Assembly (NCBI RefSeq): GCF_000142905.1
Contig: NW_013657634.1
Coordinates: forward strand, 240,657 to 304,656
Direction of reading: 5' to 3'
DNA length: 64,000 nt
DNA from: Thecamonas trahens ATCC 50062
Taxonomy: Eukaryota; Protista; Apusomonadida
Made by a program: the position numbers and the translations under genes
Part shown: in pieces, positions 53,652-64,000 of the stretch
How the letters are laid out: each line of letters opens with the position of its first letter
Numbering within the stretch: position 1 is the first letter of the stretch
The notes under the pieces: generated by a model
Told to the model about the DNA's origin: nothing
Databases searched by the model: none
What the model saw: only the letters and a program-made list of their open reading frames with translations

Positions 53652-53985
53652 GGTTGGGAGGGGGAGGGGGAGGGGAGGGGGGGGGGGGGTAACGGAGAGA
53701 GGGCGTACGCAGTGCANNNNNNNNNNNNNNNNNNNNNNNNNNNNNNNNNNNNNNNNNNNNNNNNNNNNNNNNNNNNNNNNNNNNNNNNNNNNNNNNNNNN
53801 NNNNNNNNNNNNNNNNNNNNNNNNNNNNNNNNNNNNNNNNNNNNNNNNNNNNNNNNNNNNNNNNNNNNNNNNNNNNNNNNNNNNNNNNNNNNNNNNGGGG
53901 GGGGGGGGAGGGAGGGGAGGGTCGATCGAAGCGATGGGCGAAGGTAGATTGGACTGTGTTGGTGAGGGGGGGGGGGGGACGGTGG

Positions 53986-55564
53986 CTAGGGTGATGGAGT
54001 CGGATCGGTGGAGAGAGAGGCGGCAGCAGTGGTGGAGGTGATCGAGGAGACCGTGGGGGTGCTGGAGGCAAAGCCGCGGACGGTGGAAAAGGCGCGGGAG
54101 GCAAGATCGAGTGAAGCGCGTGGGATGGTGGCGCCGAGAAAGAGGCAAGCGAGACGGACTGGGAGCGGGAGGGCGAGGCAGCAGACGGCAGCGACGGGAG
54201 AGATCCAGAGGACGACAAAGGCGACGAGCGAGGCGAGCGGGAGCATGCACATCAGCTCTGTGCCCAGCGGACGCTTGGACAAGTCGCCTGGGAAGACGGG
54301 CAAGCGAGAGGGAGGCGAGCTGGAGGAGCGAGGCCAGGAGGACGACGCCGATGCAGAGGCAGGCGGCGACGCGCGAGTCGGGAAAGTGGACGATGACCGA
54401 GGCAGCAAAGGGGAGAAAGGACGAGATGGCGAGCGACTCGAGGGTAACAAGGAAAAAGTACAGTGACTGGTGCTCGATGCAGTGCGAGAAGACGATGCGG
54501 TTCTGGTACCAGAGGATGCCCGAGACGACAAAGGCAAAGGCGTAGCCGAGGAGGCGCGGGCCGGCGGCGAGGAGGAACTCGTCGAGGCGGTAGCCGCGGG
54601 AGAGAAAGTCGTCTGGGATGCGGATGTCGAGGACGATGAGGGTGGCAACGACGGCAAAGACGCCATCGGCGAGCTGGTTGAGCCGGACAAGAGGGACGCG
54701 GTGGATAAAGGCGCGGTACGAGGCAAACTGTGGGTGGTCGGACGACCACGAGTAGAGCTCGTGGGCGGCGATGGCAAGCGGGATGGCTAGATAGCCGATG
54801 TAGATCCAGGGAAAGACGGTATCCGAGGCGAGGGCAATGATGAGGATGATGAGGTGTACGGCGACCTCGAGAATGACGCGGATCTCTTGCTTGCGGAGGG
54901 CGAGGAGCGGGTAGCCGCCAGTAAAGGTGGCATCAAAGCGGAGGGCGGCGAGGGTAGTGGCAAGCGAGGCGAGCGCAACGGCTAAAAAGTTGGTGATGAG
55001 GACAGTGCCGGCGAGCGAGCGGTACGACGCGAGGGCCTCGGACTTGACAAAGGTCGAGGCGGCGATCGAGGCCGAGAGCGGGAGAACGCCGAGGAGGAGG
55101 ATGGTGGTCATGTGAGCGGCGATGGTGAGCGGCGAGGCTGACTCGACTAGAGAAAAGAGGCGGACGGAGCGGAGCCAGTAGACGTAGACGATGTTGATGA
55201 CGATGATGAGCAAGACGCCCTCGTAGACCTTGGAGGCGAGGGCAGCCACAAAGGAGAGCGTGTCCGAGTGCTCCAGATCCTTGACCTGCGACTTTGAGAG
55301 AATGAGGGTGGCAGCGAGAATGGTGGCGATGACCGAGAACAGCGCATCGGTGAAGGAGAGCACGGGCTCCTTGTCGTACAGTCGCACCCGTCCCGATCCG
55401 CATCCGCGTGCTGCCCGAAATCGCATGCCTGTCACCGCCTCGCCGCCGCCACCACCGCCGTCGCCGCTGTCGACCTCGTCGTCGCTCCAGGATGCCTCCC
55501 ATGTCGAGTTGATGGGTGCTGTGGCCGAGCGCGCCGCGAGGAGGCTGTCGTGTTCGTGGGGCAT
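53986..55564 (-). CDS. TMEM175: TMEM175-family endolysosomal K+/H+ channel, two-repeat form; apparent frameshift at ~54298-54300
   Basis: Two 6-TM repeats starting VLSFTDALFSVIATIL and RLNQLADGVFAVVATLIVLDI, with LLGYAFAFVVSGILW and ISSFLPFA. The final hydrophobic helices lie in the shifted frame, which ends at 53986. Confidence 0.85.
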
Positions 55565-55684
55565 GGTGCAAGGGGGGGGTGGGGGGAGGGGGGGGGGGGG
55601 TTGGGTGGTGGGGGGGTAGGAGGGGGGGAGCGGGATCAGAGCGGGCAGTGCGGCCAAGGAGGGGGGGGGGGGGGGGGATCGCCT

Positions 55685-57531
55685 TTACTCGTCATCAGAG
55701 GCAAAATCGGCGGCAGGATCGCGGGCAAGGGCGCCCATGGGGTCCCACGCCGGGAGAACGACCGGCTCCGAGGCGAGGACGGCCTGGAGCTCGTCGGGGA
55801 GCGCGGTCTTGGGGACGACGATCTGGTAGACAAACTCGTCGAACCAGGCCGAGGACATGACGAGGAAGCCATCCTTGCCGGTCCGGGTCGTGCCCCACGA
55901 GTTCTCGACGCGGAAGGCGTGAACGTTGCGGGTGCCAGCCGGCGTGACATCCATGTCAATGCCAGTGAAGACCATGGCGTGGGTCATGAGGCTCTCACCG
56001 TAGCGGAGGCGGGTCGCCTTGTCCATGTGGAACGACGTGCCGCAGACGAGGTCGTAGTCAAAGACGGCAGTGTCGAGGATGCCTTCCTTGCGGAGGAAGA
56101 ACTTGCCGACGTCGCAACCGAACCAGACCGACTTGTCGTCGATGATTGAGTCGGCGACAAGGTTGCGGAGGACGTCGATGGGCGCGTTGAGGTAGCGAAC
56201 GGGGCGCCGCCGACGACGTTGCCGAGGTGGGCGACGGTGTACATCTGGCCGTACTCGTTGCGCGGGTCGTTGATGACCGAGACGTAGTCGTTGACGTCAA
56301 ACTTGACAAACTTCTCCGCAAAGGTCTTCGGCGTCAGCCCGGTGTACCGCTTGAACGACTTGCCGTCCTTGGAACGGACCGACCAGTCAAACTTGGTCAC
56401 AGGCGTGCCGAGGTGGATGCAGATGATGCGGTAGAGCTCCTCCATCATCTCGGCCTTGAGTGTGCGAACCTTGTGCCCGCGTGCAGCCTTGGCGGCAAAC
56501 GTATCCTCGCCGTCGGTCACCCCGCACTGGGTGCGGAAGACGGACGCAAACTCGCGGAGCTTGTTGGCCAGCAGCCAGTTGAGCTTGCGCGACGCGCACG
56601 AGGTCCACGCCTCGGGCATGGCGGTCTTGGGCACCAGCCCGTACTTGTTGATCAGGTTCGCGAGCATGTCCCACTGCCCGCCGTCGTTGATCGGGTCGCT
56701 CAGCAGGTGGTGTTGGAGCCGCGAGTCGACGTCCTCGTCGAGCGTCGAAATCATGACCTCTAGAAAGTGGTTGCACCGCTCCACCTTGTCCCAGAAGAAC
56801 AGATGCGTCTGAGAGAGCTCCCAGTCGGCCGGCAAGTCGTGCTCCTTGATGATGTCGCGCCGGATGACGCCGAGGCAGGCAAAGATCCAGCACCGCCCCG
56901 ACGACTTTTGGTCGGCCGCCTTGCACTCGCCTGACACCACGTGCGAGAACGTGTGATGCGAGGTGTCGCCGCGGGTCACAGAGTGGGCCGTGAGGACCTG
57001 CGGAGTGGAGGGAGTGGGGGGGGGGGGGGGGGGGTTAGGCTTGTGTGCCATTGACAACCATCGATTATTTGCCATTGACAGCCATCGATTATTTGCCATT
57101 GACAACCATCGATTATTTGCCATTGACAACCATCGATTATATGCCATTGACAACCATCGATTATTTGCCATCGTGCACAATCGACCACCATCGATCCATC
57201 ACCACACACCACTGCACACCATCATCCACCAACCCCACCCTCACACCCTACTATCCTCAACCCCCCTCCCATCTCCCCACTCCCCCCCCCTCTCCCCCAG
57301 TATCCGACAAAAAGCCCGCCATCGCACCCTCCGCCACCCGCAGCACGACCCGCAGCCACCCGCTCCCCACTCCCCTCCCGTCCACCCGCGCACTGGCGGA
57401 CGTACCTCGTGGACGTCGTTGCGGACGCAGGCATTGACAGCAAGGAGGTTCTTGCTGTCAGAGGTGAAGCTCTCGTGGATGCTGTCGAGGAACTCGGGCG
57501 TGAGCTCACGCTCGGTGGTTGTCGCTGCCAT
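55685..57531 (-). CDS. BLMH: Bleomycin hydrolase / aminopeptidase C (peptidase C1B; intron 56998-57405; apparent frameshift at 56201-56204)
   Basis: DQKSSGRCWIFA (catalytic Cys), DGGQWDM, LGNVVGG, VWFGCDV (shifted frame), MTHAMVFTG (His), VENSWG (Asn), LPAWDPMGALA. Confidence 0.93.
57046..57171 (+). repeat. 24-bp minisatellite TGCCATTGACAACCATCGATTATT x5.25 inside the BLMH intron
   Basis: Read directly; AT-rich relative to its surroundings. Confidence 0.95.
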
Positions 57532-58606
57532 GTTCGCTGACGTTGTTCGGTCGCTGCGTTGAGTGGTCGTCCGCGCCTCCTTTTCTCCTTTTTTCAGGTG
57601 ACGACGGCGTGACATTGTCGCCAAGCTCACTGTGCGGGTGTCTACCACGGCGCACGAGCCATCTCGGCATCGCGTCATCGCGCTGGTGGACGGGAAGAGC
57701 ATGCAATCGTCGCCAGCTCACCCAAATCGCTCGTGATGTGCAGGAGTGCCAGTGAGCATGGAAGAGCGCCACAGCGGCGTTGAGGTCAAGTAGGTCAAAC
57801 AAGAGAGTCGGCGATAGGGATGATGGCGAGAATGACAGCGTTGGCAGGGTAGATGGACGCCATCATCGGCCTTGACGGTCAGCATCGTCGCCCCCGGGTG
57901 AGCGGACGGCTTCTATCCGCCAGCGCTTGATCATAATGCTGATCACAACGCTTTGAATTTAGATCGCGGTCAAAAAGGCGGTGATGTGGTCGTCCGGCTG
58001 CTGATGACTCACGCTTGCGTGATCTTTCTCTAACCCGAGCGTGAGTAAAGAGTCCACTGGGCCCGACTTGGCGTTGAGGTCGCCGAAAATCCGTGATCTT
58101 GCGTTCGCGGACGATTTCCGGGAAAGAGAGCGATACGGCGCTACAGATAAGCCACTGTGGATCATGATCAAGCATGTAGACCAAAGCGCTATGTACACAA
58201 CACCATCAGGATGCTGCTGTGTGCATATTGCTCCGCCAGCAACCAGAGCAGTCCCATCAATGCCAACGTCCGCCAACTGTCGGGCATCGATCGCGCTCCC
58301 AACACGAGCTCGGCGCCATGCACAATGGCCCTCCCGCGCCGATCACAGGCTTCTTTGCTTCACAGAACAAGACAATCGTCTACCGACCACTTTTCATTAT
58401 CTAAGTAGCTGCATGAGTGTGGCATCAATCATGTATGGCACCAGGTGAGGCCGACGAGTGCTCGCTGTGCCTGGCCGCCAACTCGCTTGAAGTCGGCGCG
58501 CCAGGCCGGCCTCTCCCACCCACCCACACCCGCTGCGCCACGGCACGGCACGCCACTCACCAGGGGACGAGAGCGAGGGCGGGCGACGGCACTAGTGGCG
58601 AGCGGC

Positions 58607-59434
58607 ATGACAGACGCAAGTAGCGAGTCGAGCAGAGACAGAGACCTGGCTGTTGTGGCTGGTGAGCTGAACGGAGGTGGCGGGCTGCTGGAGGCGCGGA
58701 CAGAGGCCGTCCAAGCCAGCATGGGCGCGACGGGCATTGGTGGCGGGTGGTCACCCGAGACCGAGTCTGGTGATGGCTACGGCCCGGAGCCCGAGTTCTT
58801 CTCGCCGCTGCCGCGGAGGCGGCTGACCCGATCGATGCTGTCGAGCGAGACTGGCTCGGACGAGGAAGGCAGGACCGGCGCGGCTGCCCGCGCGGCGGAT
58901 ATGCCGAGGGCGCGGGCAAGATCCGGAATGAGGCGGGCCGGTAGGCAGGGGCGAGGCCGAGGTCGCATGTCGGGGCTGGTGGTTCGTGAGCGGCGGCGGA
59001 CGCTGCGGCGGACCAATCCGGAGGCCCGGGTCAACATCCCGCACTACGCGCCTGTGCCGCTCAAGGAAGAGTACGGATTGCAGGGAAGACTACCAGTTGG
59101 GCTCGACTCGCCGCATCATCCGCTCTTTGGCTCGCGTAAAGCAGCCGATGCTGGCTCGCTCGGCGTGACACCTGTTGTGCCGCGGTCGTACGCGCCGCGA
59201 AATCGTGTGGCACTCGAGCGCAAGCAGCGGGCGCGGGCACGGGCGGCGTTTGGCGGGTTCGGGAGCGAGTGCTTTGACGTCGACTCGGTCCATAGCACCC
59301 CGTCCCGCTCTGCTCAGCCAGGCTCATCGCTGTCGTCCTCTTGTTCGCCCGGCTTTGTCCTCCCTATCCGCAACATAGTCGCCGACGGCGCGGACTGCTC
59401 CTTTGTCACGGGCCTCCGTCGCTCTAACAGCTAA
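58607..59434 (+). CDS. Hypothetical protein, Arg/Ser-rich, largely disordered
   Basis: Open frame (from 58445) with ATG at 58607, in a region not occupied by other genes. No recognisable motif. Confidence 0.45.
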   Translation: MTDASSESSRDRDLAVVAGELNGGGGLLEARTEAVQASMGATGIGGGWSPETESGDGYGPEPEFFSPLPRRRLTRSMLSSETGSDEEGRTGAAARAADMPRARARSGMRRAGRQGRGRGRMSGLVVRERRRTLRRTNPEARVNIPHYAPVPLKEEYGLQGRLPVGLDSPHHPLFGSRKAADAGSLGVTPVVPRSYAPRNRVALERKQRARARAAFGGFGSECFDVDSVHSTPSRSAQPGSSLSSSCSPGFVLPIRNIVADGADCSFVTGLRRSNS

Positions 59435-59806
59435 CACGACGACGTAGCATCCGACAATCCACCGTGGCATGCATTATGTAGCATGTAGCGCGAAGGTCGA
59501 GTAGAGCACAAGTGATGTGACCCATCGTCTCTCCAGTGGCGATGAGAGCCACGTCCGGCCGCCGCACCAACCGATTGTGACCAGAGTCCGCGTACACTGT
59601 CAATCATGCTTATTGTTAATCACTGATCCCCCCTCTCCCCTTCCCCGACCCTCCCTGCCCCATCAAGCTGGCTGTCCCATCAAACTCCGCTGCCCGCCTC
59701 GGCTCCTGCTCCAGCTGCGGCACTGGCTCGTACCGGTGGTGCCCGGCGCGACTGCGCGTGACACACGCCACTCACCCCCTCCCCCCCCCCCCCCCACACA
59801 CACACC

Positions 59807-61944
59807 ATGAGACGGAGAACAGCGTCATACGTACAGCTCCTTGCGGACGAAGAGCCACCGGAGGAGAGCCGACGGGAGAAAGAGGCGGTGGTGACCAAGG
59901 AACCGGTGTCTGTGGAGGAGCTGGCGGCGGCGCGTGCGAGACTGCAGCAAGAGCGAGGACCTGATCTATGGGAGCCATCACCACAGGGAGTCCATCCACA
60001 TACTCCGCCGGAAGCAGGGAGCGAGAGCAGGGATGGGAACGAGCATGGGTCGGTCAAGAGGATGCTGAGCTCGGTGTATGGCTTGCCGCTGGCATCGGGC
60101 TGGTGCATGGCTGATGAGGCGGTGAGGCAGCTGCTGCCGCCGCTGAGCTGGCTGCCAAAGACAAGCCGGGCGTCGATGTCGGGTGATGTCATTGCGGGGC
60201 TTACGCTTGGGATCATGCTCATTCCGCAAGCGATGGCGTATGCGCTACTCGCAGGCCTCCCCCGCAGTATGGCCTCTACACTGCCGTCTTTCCGCCGCTC
60301 ATCTACGTGGCGCTGGGGACGACGCCGGTGCTCTCGCTCGGCCCGTTTGCACTCATCTCGCTGCTGGTGGCCGAGTCTGCGCCTGCGGTGGCAAATGCTT
60401 CCACCGGGCCGGAGTACATCGAGGCGGTGACGCTGTTGTCGCTCCTCACCGGGCTGGTTCTCTGCGTCTTTGCGCTCCTCCGCATGGGCTTTGTCACGGT
60501 CTTCCTCTCGCCGGTCCTCGTCTCGGGATTCACGACTGCCGGCGCGGTCCTCATCGCCACTTCGCAGCTCAAGCATGTGTTCCAGGTCCATCCACCGCCG
60601 TACGACGGATTCTTTGACCCAGTGCGGACATGGGTGTGGATTGCACGGCACTTGGGCGAGACCAACGTTGCGTCACTTGTCCTCACGCTCGCCGCGTGCA
60701 TCCTGCTGGTGGGCATCGACTTTGTCAACAAGAGGTTCAAGGGCAAGCTCCCCATCCCGATTCCGGCGCAGTTTGTGGTGCTTGGCCTCGGCCTGCTCGC
60801 ATCATACGCGCTTGACCTCGAGCACCGGTTCGACGTCTCTGTTGTCGGCACCATTCCGGCCGGCTTTCCGGCGCCGCGGGTTCCGACGCTGAGCGGCGAG
60901 CAGATCGAAGCGGCGCTGGTGCCGGCGACAGTGCTGGCGGTTGTCTCGTTTGCCGTCTCGATCTCGATTGGCAAGACGTTTGCCAAGGAGGTGGGATATG
61001 TTGTGCGGCCGAACCAGGAGCTGCTTGGCCTCGGGGTCTCGAACGTTGTTGGCTCGGTGTTCTTCTGCTACCCGGCGTGCGGCTCGCTCTCGCGGTCAGT
61101 AGTGACTGCCGGTGCCGGCGGAGTGACGCCGGTCAACGCTCTGCTCTCGTCTGCGGTGGTGGCGATTATTGTGGCGTTTGCCACCAAGCCGTTTGAGATC
61201 ACGCCGCAGGCCGTCCTCGCCGCCATCATTCTCGTCGCGCTCAAGCGGCTGTTTCTCCAGGCCCGTGAGCTACCGGCGCTGTTCAAGGTCAAGAAGGCCG
61301 ACGGCCTGGTCTGGGCCTTTGTCTTTGTGGCGGTGCTCGGTCTGGGAGTCTCTAACGGCCTTGTCGCCGGCGTACTTTTCTCGCTCGCCGTGGTGGTGTA
61401 CAAGCAGCTGCGGCCATACACGGCGGTGCTGGGCCGGTTCCGCGGAACGCGCAACTACGGGCCGGTGGCGCGGTTCGGCGCCGAGACGAGCGAGTGGCCG
61501 CGCATCAAGGTTGTCTTCTACGGCGCCGATCTCTTCTACGGCAACGTCGGGCGGCTGGCGTCGTCCATCGATGCCTTTGTCGATGAAGCCATCACCGACT
61601 ACGTCGTCCTCGATCTCTCGGCCGCCGCTGACGCCGACATCACCGCCATCAAGGCTCTCGCGGCGCTGCGGACCGAGTTGGCCGGCCGCGGCGTCACGCT
61701 CTTCATCTCGCACCCGCACAAGCGCATTCTCTCGCTCCTCGCGGCGCTCCGCCTCGACGAGCTGCCGGACGACATCCTCTTCACCGAGACGCACGACGCG
61801 TGTCTCGCGGCGCTTGCAGCGCTCGAGTCTGCGGCAAGTGTGACACAGCAGCCACAGCAGCCGTTGCCATCATCATCGCCATCGCTTCCGCAACCTCGAG
61901 CTGTGAGCGGCCGTGTCATCACAAACTACGGCTCGATCCAGTAG
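59807..61944 (+). CDS. SLC26/SulP anion transporter with STAS domain; apparent frameshift at 60259-60263
   Basis: GDVIAGLTLGIMLIPQAMAYALLAGLP; one added C gives PQYGLYTAVFPPLIY; then SLGPFA, LVSGFTTAGA, PNQELLGLG, GSLSRS and STAS LFYGN..VVLDLS..DITAI. Confidence 0.93.
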
Positions 61945-62163
61945 TCATGTCGCAGACCGCATGCGTTGACCTGCCTCGGACAGCCTCCTGTCAAATAGTC
62001 AACAGGTTGCAGCTACGCGCGCCCCTTTTACAGTAAGGACCGCGGGAGAGTAGCAGTGAACACCCAAGTCTTCCGGGGTTTGATTTACACCTTGGGAGTC
62101 ATTCTTGGCGTTGAGTTGATCCCTGACGGATCAGGCGAGCAGGCCGGCCTCCCGCTTCTCGCT

Positions 62164-62427
62164 GGTGGCACGAAATATACAGATATGTTTGAAGGGTAGG
62201 GATGGAGATTAGACAGCCAAGAAGCTGGTAGTTGGTAGTAGTGTCAACGATGTACGGGTACTGTGAGTGTGAGTGGAGAAGGCGCAGGTGGGCGGCTGTA
62301 TGGGGTGGTGGTGTAGGGGTGGCGTGAGGTCGAGGTTAATTGAGTGTGATTGATTATAGTTGGGCGGGACTGGGTGGCACGAAATATGCAGTTATGCAGT
62401 GAATTTGGGCGCGCCAGCGGTATAAAA
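62164..62427 (+). promoter_or_regulatory. Histone H4 promoter: duplicated GGTGGCACGAAATATRCAG element, GC/E2F-like boxes and a TATA box
   Basis: The 19-mer occurs at 62164 and 62373. GGGCGGGA lies at ~62362, TTTGGGCGCGCC at ~62404 and TATAAAA at 62421. Confidence 0.65.
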
Positions 62428-62460
62428 GGCGGCGCACTCGTCCGTCATCGCCCGCGCTGA

Positions 62461-62802
<342 letters not shown>

Positions 62803-62860
62803 GCATGGTGTCGCTGGCGGGCGCAAGCTCACAGCAACAGCAACAACAACAACAACAACC

Positions 62861-62884
62861 TGTGTTCTTTTCAGAACACACCAC
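62861..62884 (+). promoter_or_regulatory. Histone 3'-UTR stem-loop (SLBP-type)
   Basis: TGTGTTCT-TTTC-AGAACACA is an 8-bp stem with a UUUC loop closed by U-A. It has an A/C-rich 5' flank and CCAC 3' flank and starts 58 nt after the H4 stop. Confidence 0.85.
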
Positions 62885-63347
62885 GTAGCGCAGCTCGGGC
62901 AGCAAATGAAGAAACCAAATCATGTGGAGCAGTCGATCGATGGGAGAGGGGGGGTGGGGTGGCACGATTGGGAGGCGTGGAAGTCGCTGTACAAGGGGGG
63001 ATGACGCGGCGCCAGGCGCAGTGAAACGGTGGGCCCAGCGCCAAGGACATTGCTTGGTACGGCATTACGTGCGGACCGTTCCCGCGTGGAGGGATGGAGT
63101 GCTGTCAACGTGGTGCCAAAGTCAGTGAGCCACACAATATCGGCTCGGCCCGCCGACGAGTCAGCAGCGGTCACAGCCGCGCACAAACAAAGACGATCAT
63201 GGTGAGAGTGCAGACGGACCCACACCAAAGAGCGGGGTTGCCTGTCTTGCCAACGAAACTGCCAACGAACTCTATACTGTCACTTGGCTGGTCGGCATCG
63301 ACTCGGCGGCTTACCCACTCGTCGGTCCTTCAGCTCGGTCATTATCC

Positions 63348-63965
63348 ATGCGAGAGCCTTCTTCTTCTTCAGATAGAGCCTTGTGTGGCTATTGGTCCTT
63401 TGCTAATGTTCGGCTTGTCTACGTCCTCACCGTGCTCTTGGTTCTCTACCCGCTCTTCTCGCTCTTAGCTCTGTCGTCCAACAGCTCACTCGGGTCATCG
63501 TCTGCCACTCATTCTGTAACTTTGCATGCACCTCCCGCGCCCCCCGCGCCCCCCGCGCCCCCCGCGCCCCCTGCACCTCCCGCACCTCCCGCGCCTCCCG
63601 CGCCTTCCGCGCCTCCCGCACCTCCGGCGCCATCAACTTCATCCTCGTCTGCTGCCACGCCTTCGCCCATAACGCCCGGGTCTACTCTTGCCCGTATGAT
63701 CGGCCGCATTTCCGTGGCGTCTTCGAGATGTGTCGTCCGTCGAGGACAGCGCAACTTCTTAGGATCTTCGAAGCTGGATAAAATCCATGCGACGGCGATG
63801 ACGTTCGGTCAGAAACGAACGAAAGGCTGTGTCCATTACCTGCGTTACGTCCCTCGCGCCGCGAGAAGGATGCCAAGGCGGAGCTCGCAGCGACCGGGCC
63901 ATAGGTCCCTCTCGCCCGAGACAGACGCTGCGATCTATGAACCATGCAATAAGTCACCAGTCTGA
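63348..63965 (+). CDS. Hypothetical type II membrane protein with a (PPA)n stalk; possibly truncated or degraded
   Basis: One hydrophobic helix (LVYVLTVLLVLYPLFSLLAL), then a Ser-rich linker and a 9-bp repeat at ~63527-63630. The downstream sequence is not recognisable. Confidence 0.4.
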   Translation: MREPSSSSDRALCGYWSFANVRLVYVLTVLLVLYPLFSLLALSSNSSLGSSSATHSVTLHAPPAPPAPPAPPAPPAPPAPPAPPAPSAPPAPPAPSTSSSSAATPSPITPGSTLARMIGRISVASSRCVVRRGQRNFLGSSKLDKIHATAMTFGQKRTKGCVHYLRYVPRAARRMPRRSSQRPGHRSLSPETDAAIYEPCNKSPV

Positions 63966-64000
63966 AGTCATGAGACACGATTGCCCGAGCGCGCCGACGA

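Noticed and set aside
7151-60263. Calling the frameshifted genes pseudogenes
   Set aside because: Each has only one or two single-base indels in short runs, with intact catalytic motifs, codon bias and no in-frame stops.
62017-62040. U5 snRNA (CCCCTTTTAC resembles loop I GCCUUUUAC)
   Set aside because: Imperfect match, no flanking stem and no Sm site.

Overview
GC-rich, gene-dense eukaryotic nuclear DNA with few introns (mostly one near each 5' end, GTACG/GTATG donors) and four N-gaps next to poly-G tracts. The style and gene content suggest a free-living flagellate protist such as the apusomonad Thecamonas trahens; this is an inference, not a database result. About 24 protein genes are supported. 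In order: ArfGAP-SAM-PH-PH protein (5' partial), LEA-like protein, HEATR5, NFXL1, SPO11, USP47, Mpv17/PMP22, UIM-PARP-domain protein, (GK)n basic protein, PPP4R4, DUF1990, RNI-like LRR protein, major vault protein, PDI-like protein, ALG9, F-box/WD40, an unconventional myosin, a NOX-family oxidase, TMCO4/DUF726, a repeat-rich coiled-coil protein, La/SSB, TMEM175, bleomycin hydrolase, SLC26 and histone H4, plus two weak hypotheticals. Highlights: (1) a myosin whose tail ends in two CAP-Gly (microtubule/+TIP-binding) domains, a candidate actin-microtubule cross-linking motor; (2) a metazoan-type histone 3' stem-loop after H4, plus a duplicated cell-cycle-box-like promoter element; (3) a perfect 4-unit heat-shock element with ACGT-core boxes before the LEA gene; (4) a NOX with a SAM-like insert; (5) at least seven conserved genes broken by single-base frameshifts in short homopolymers, most likely pyrosequencing errors; (6) two minisatellites built from RFX X-box-like units. 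All domain calls come from reading motifs by eye.
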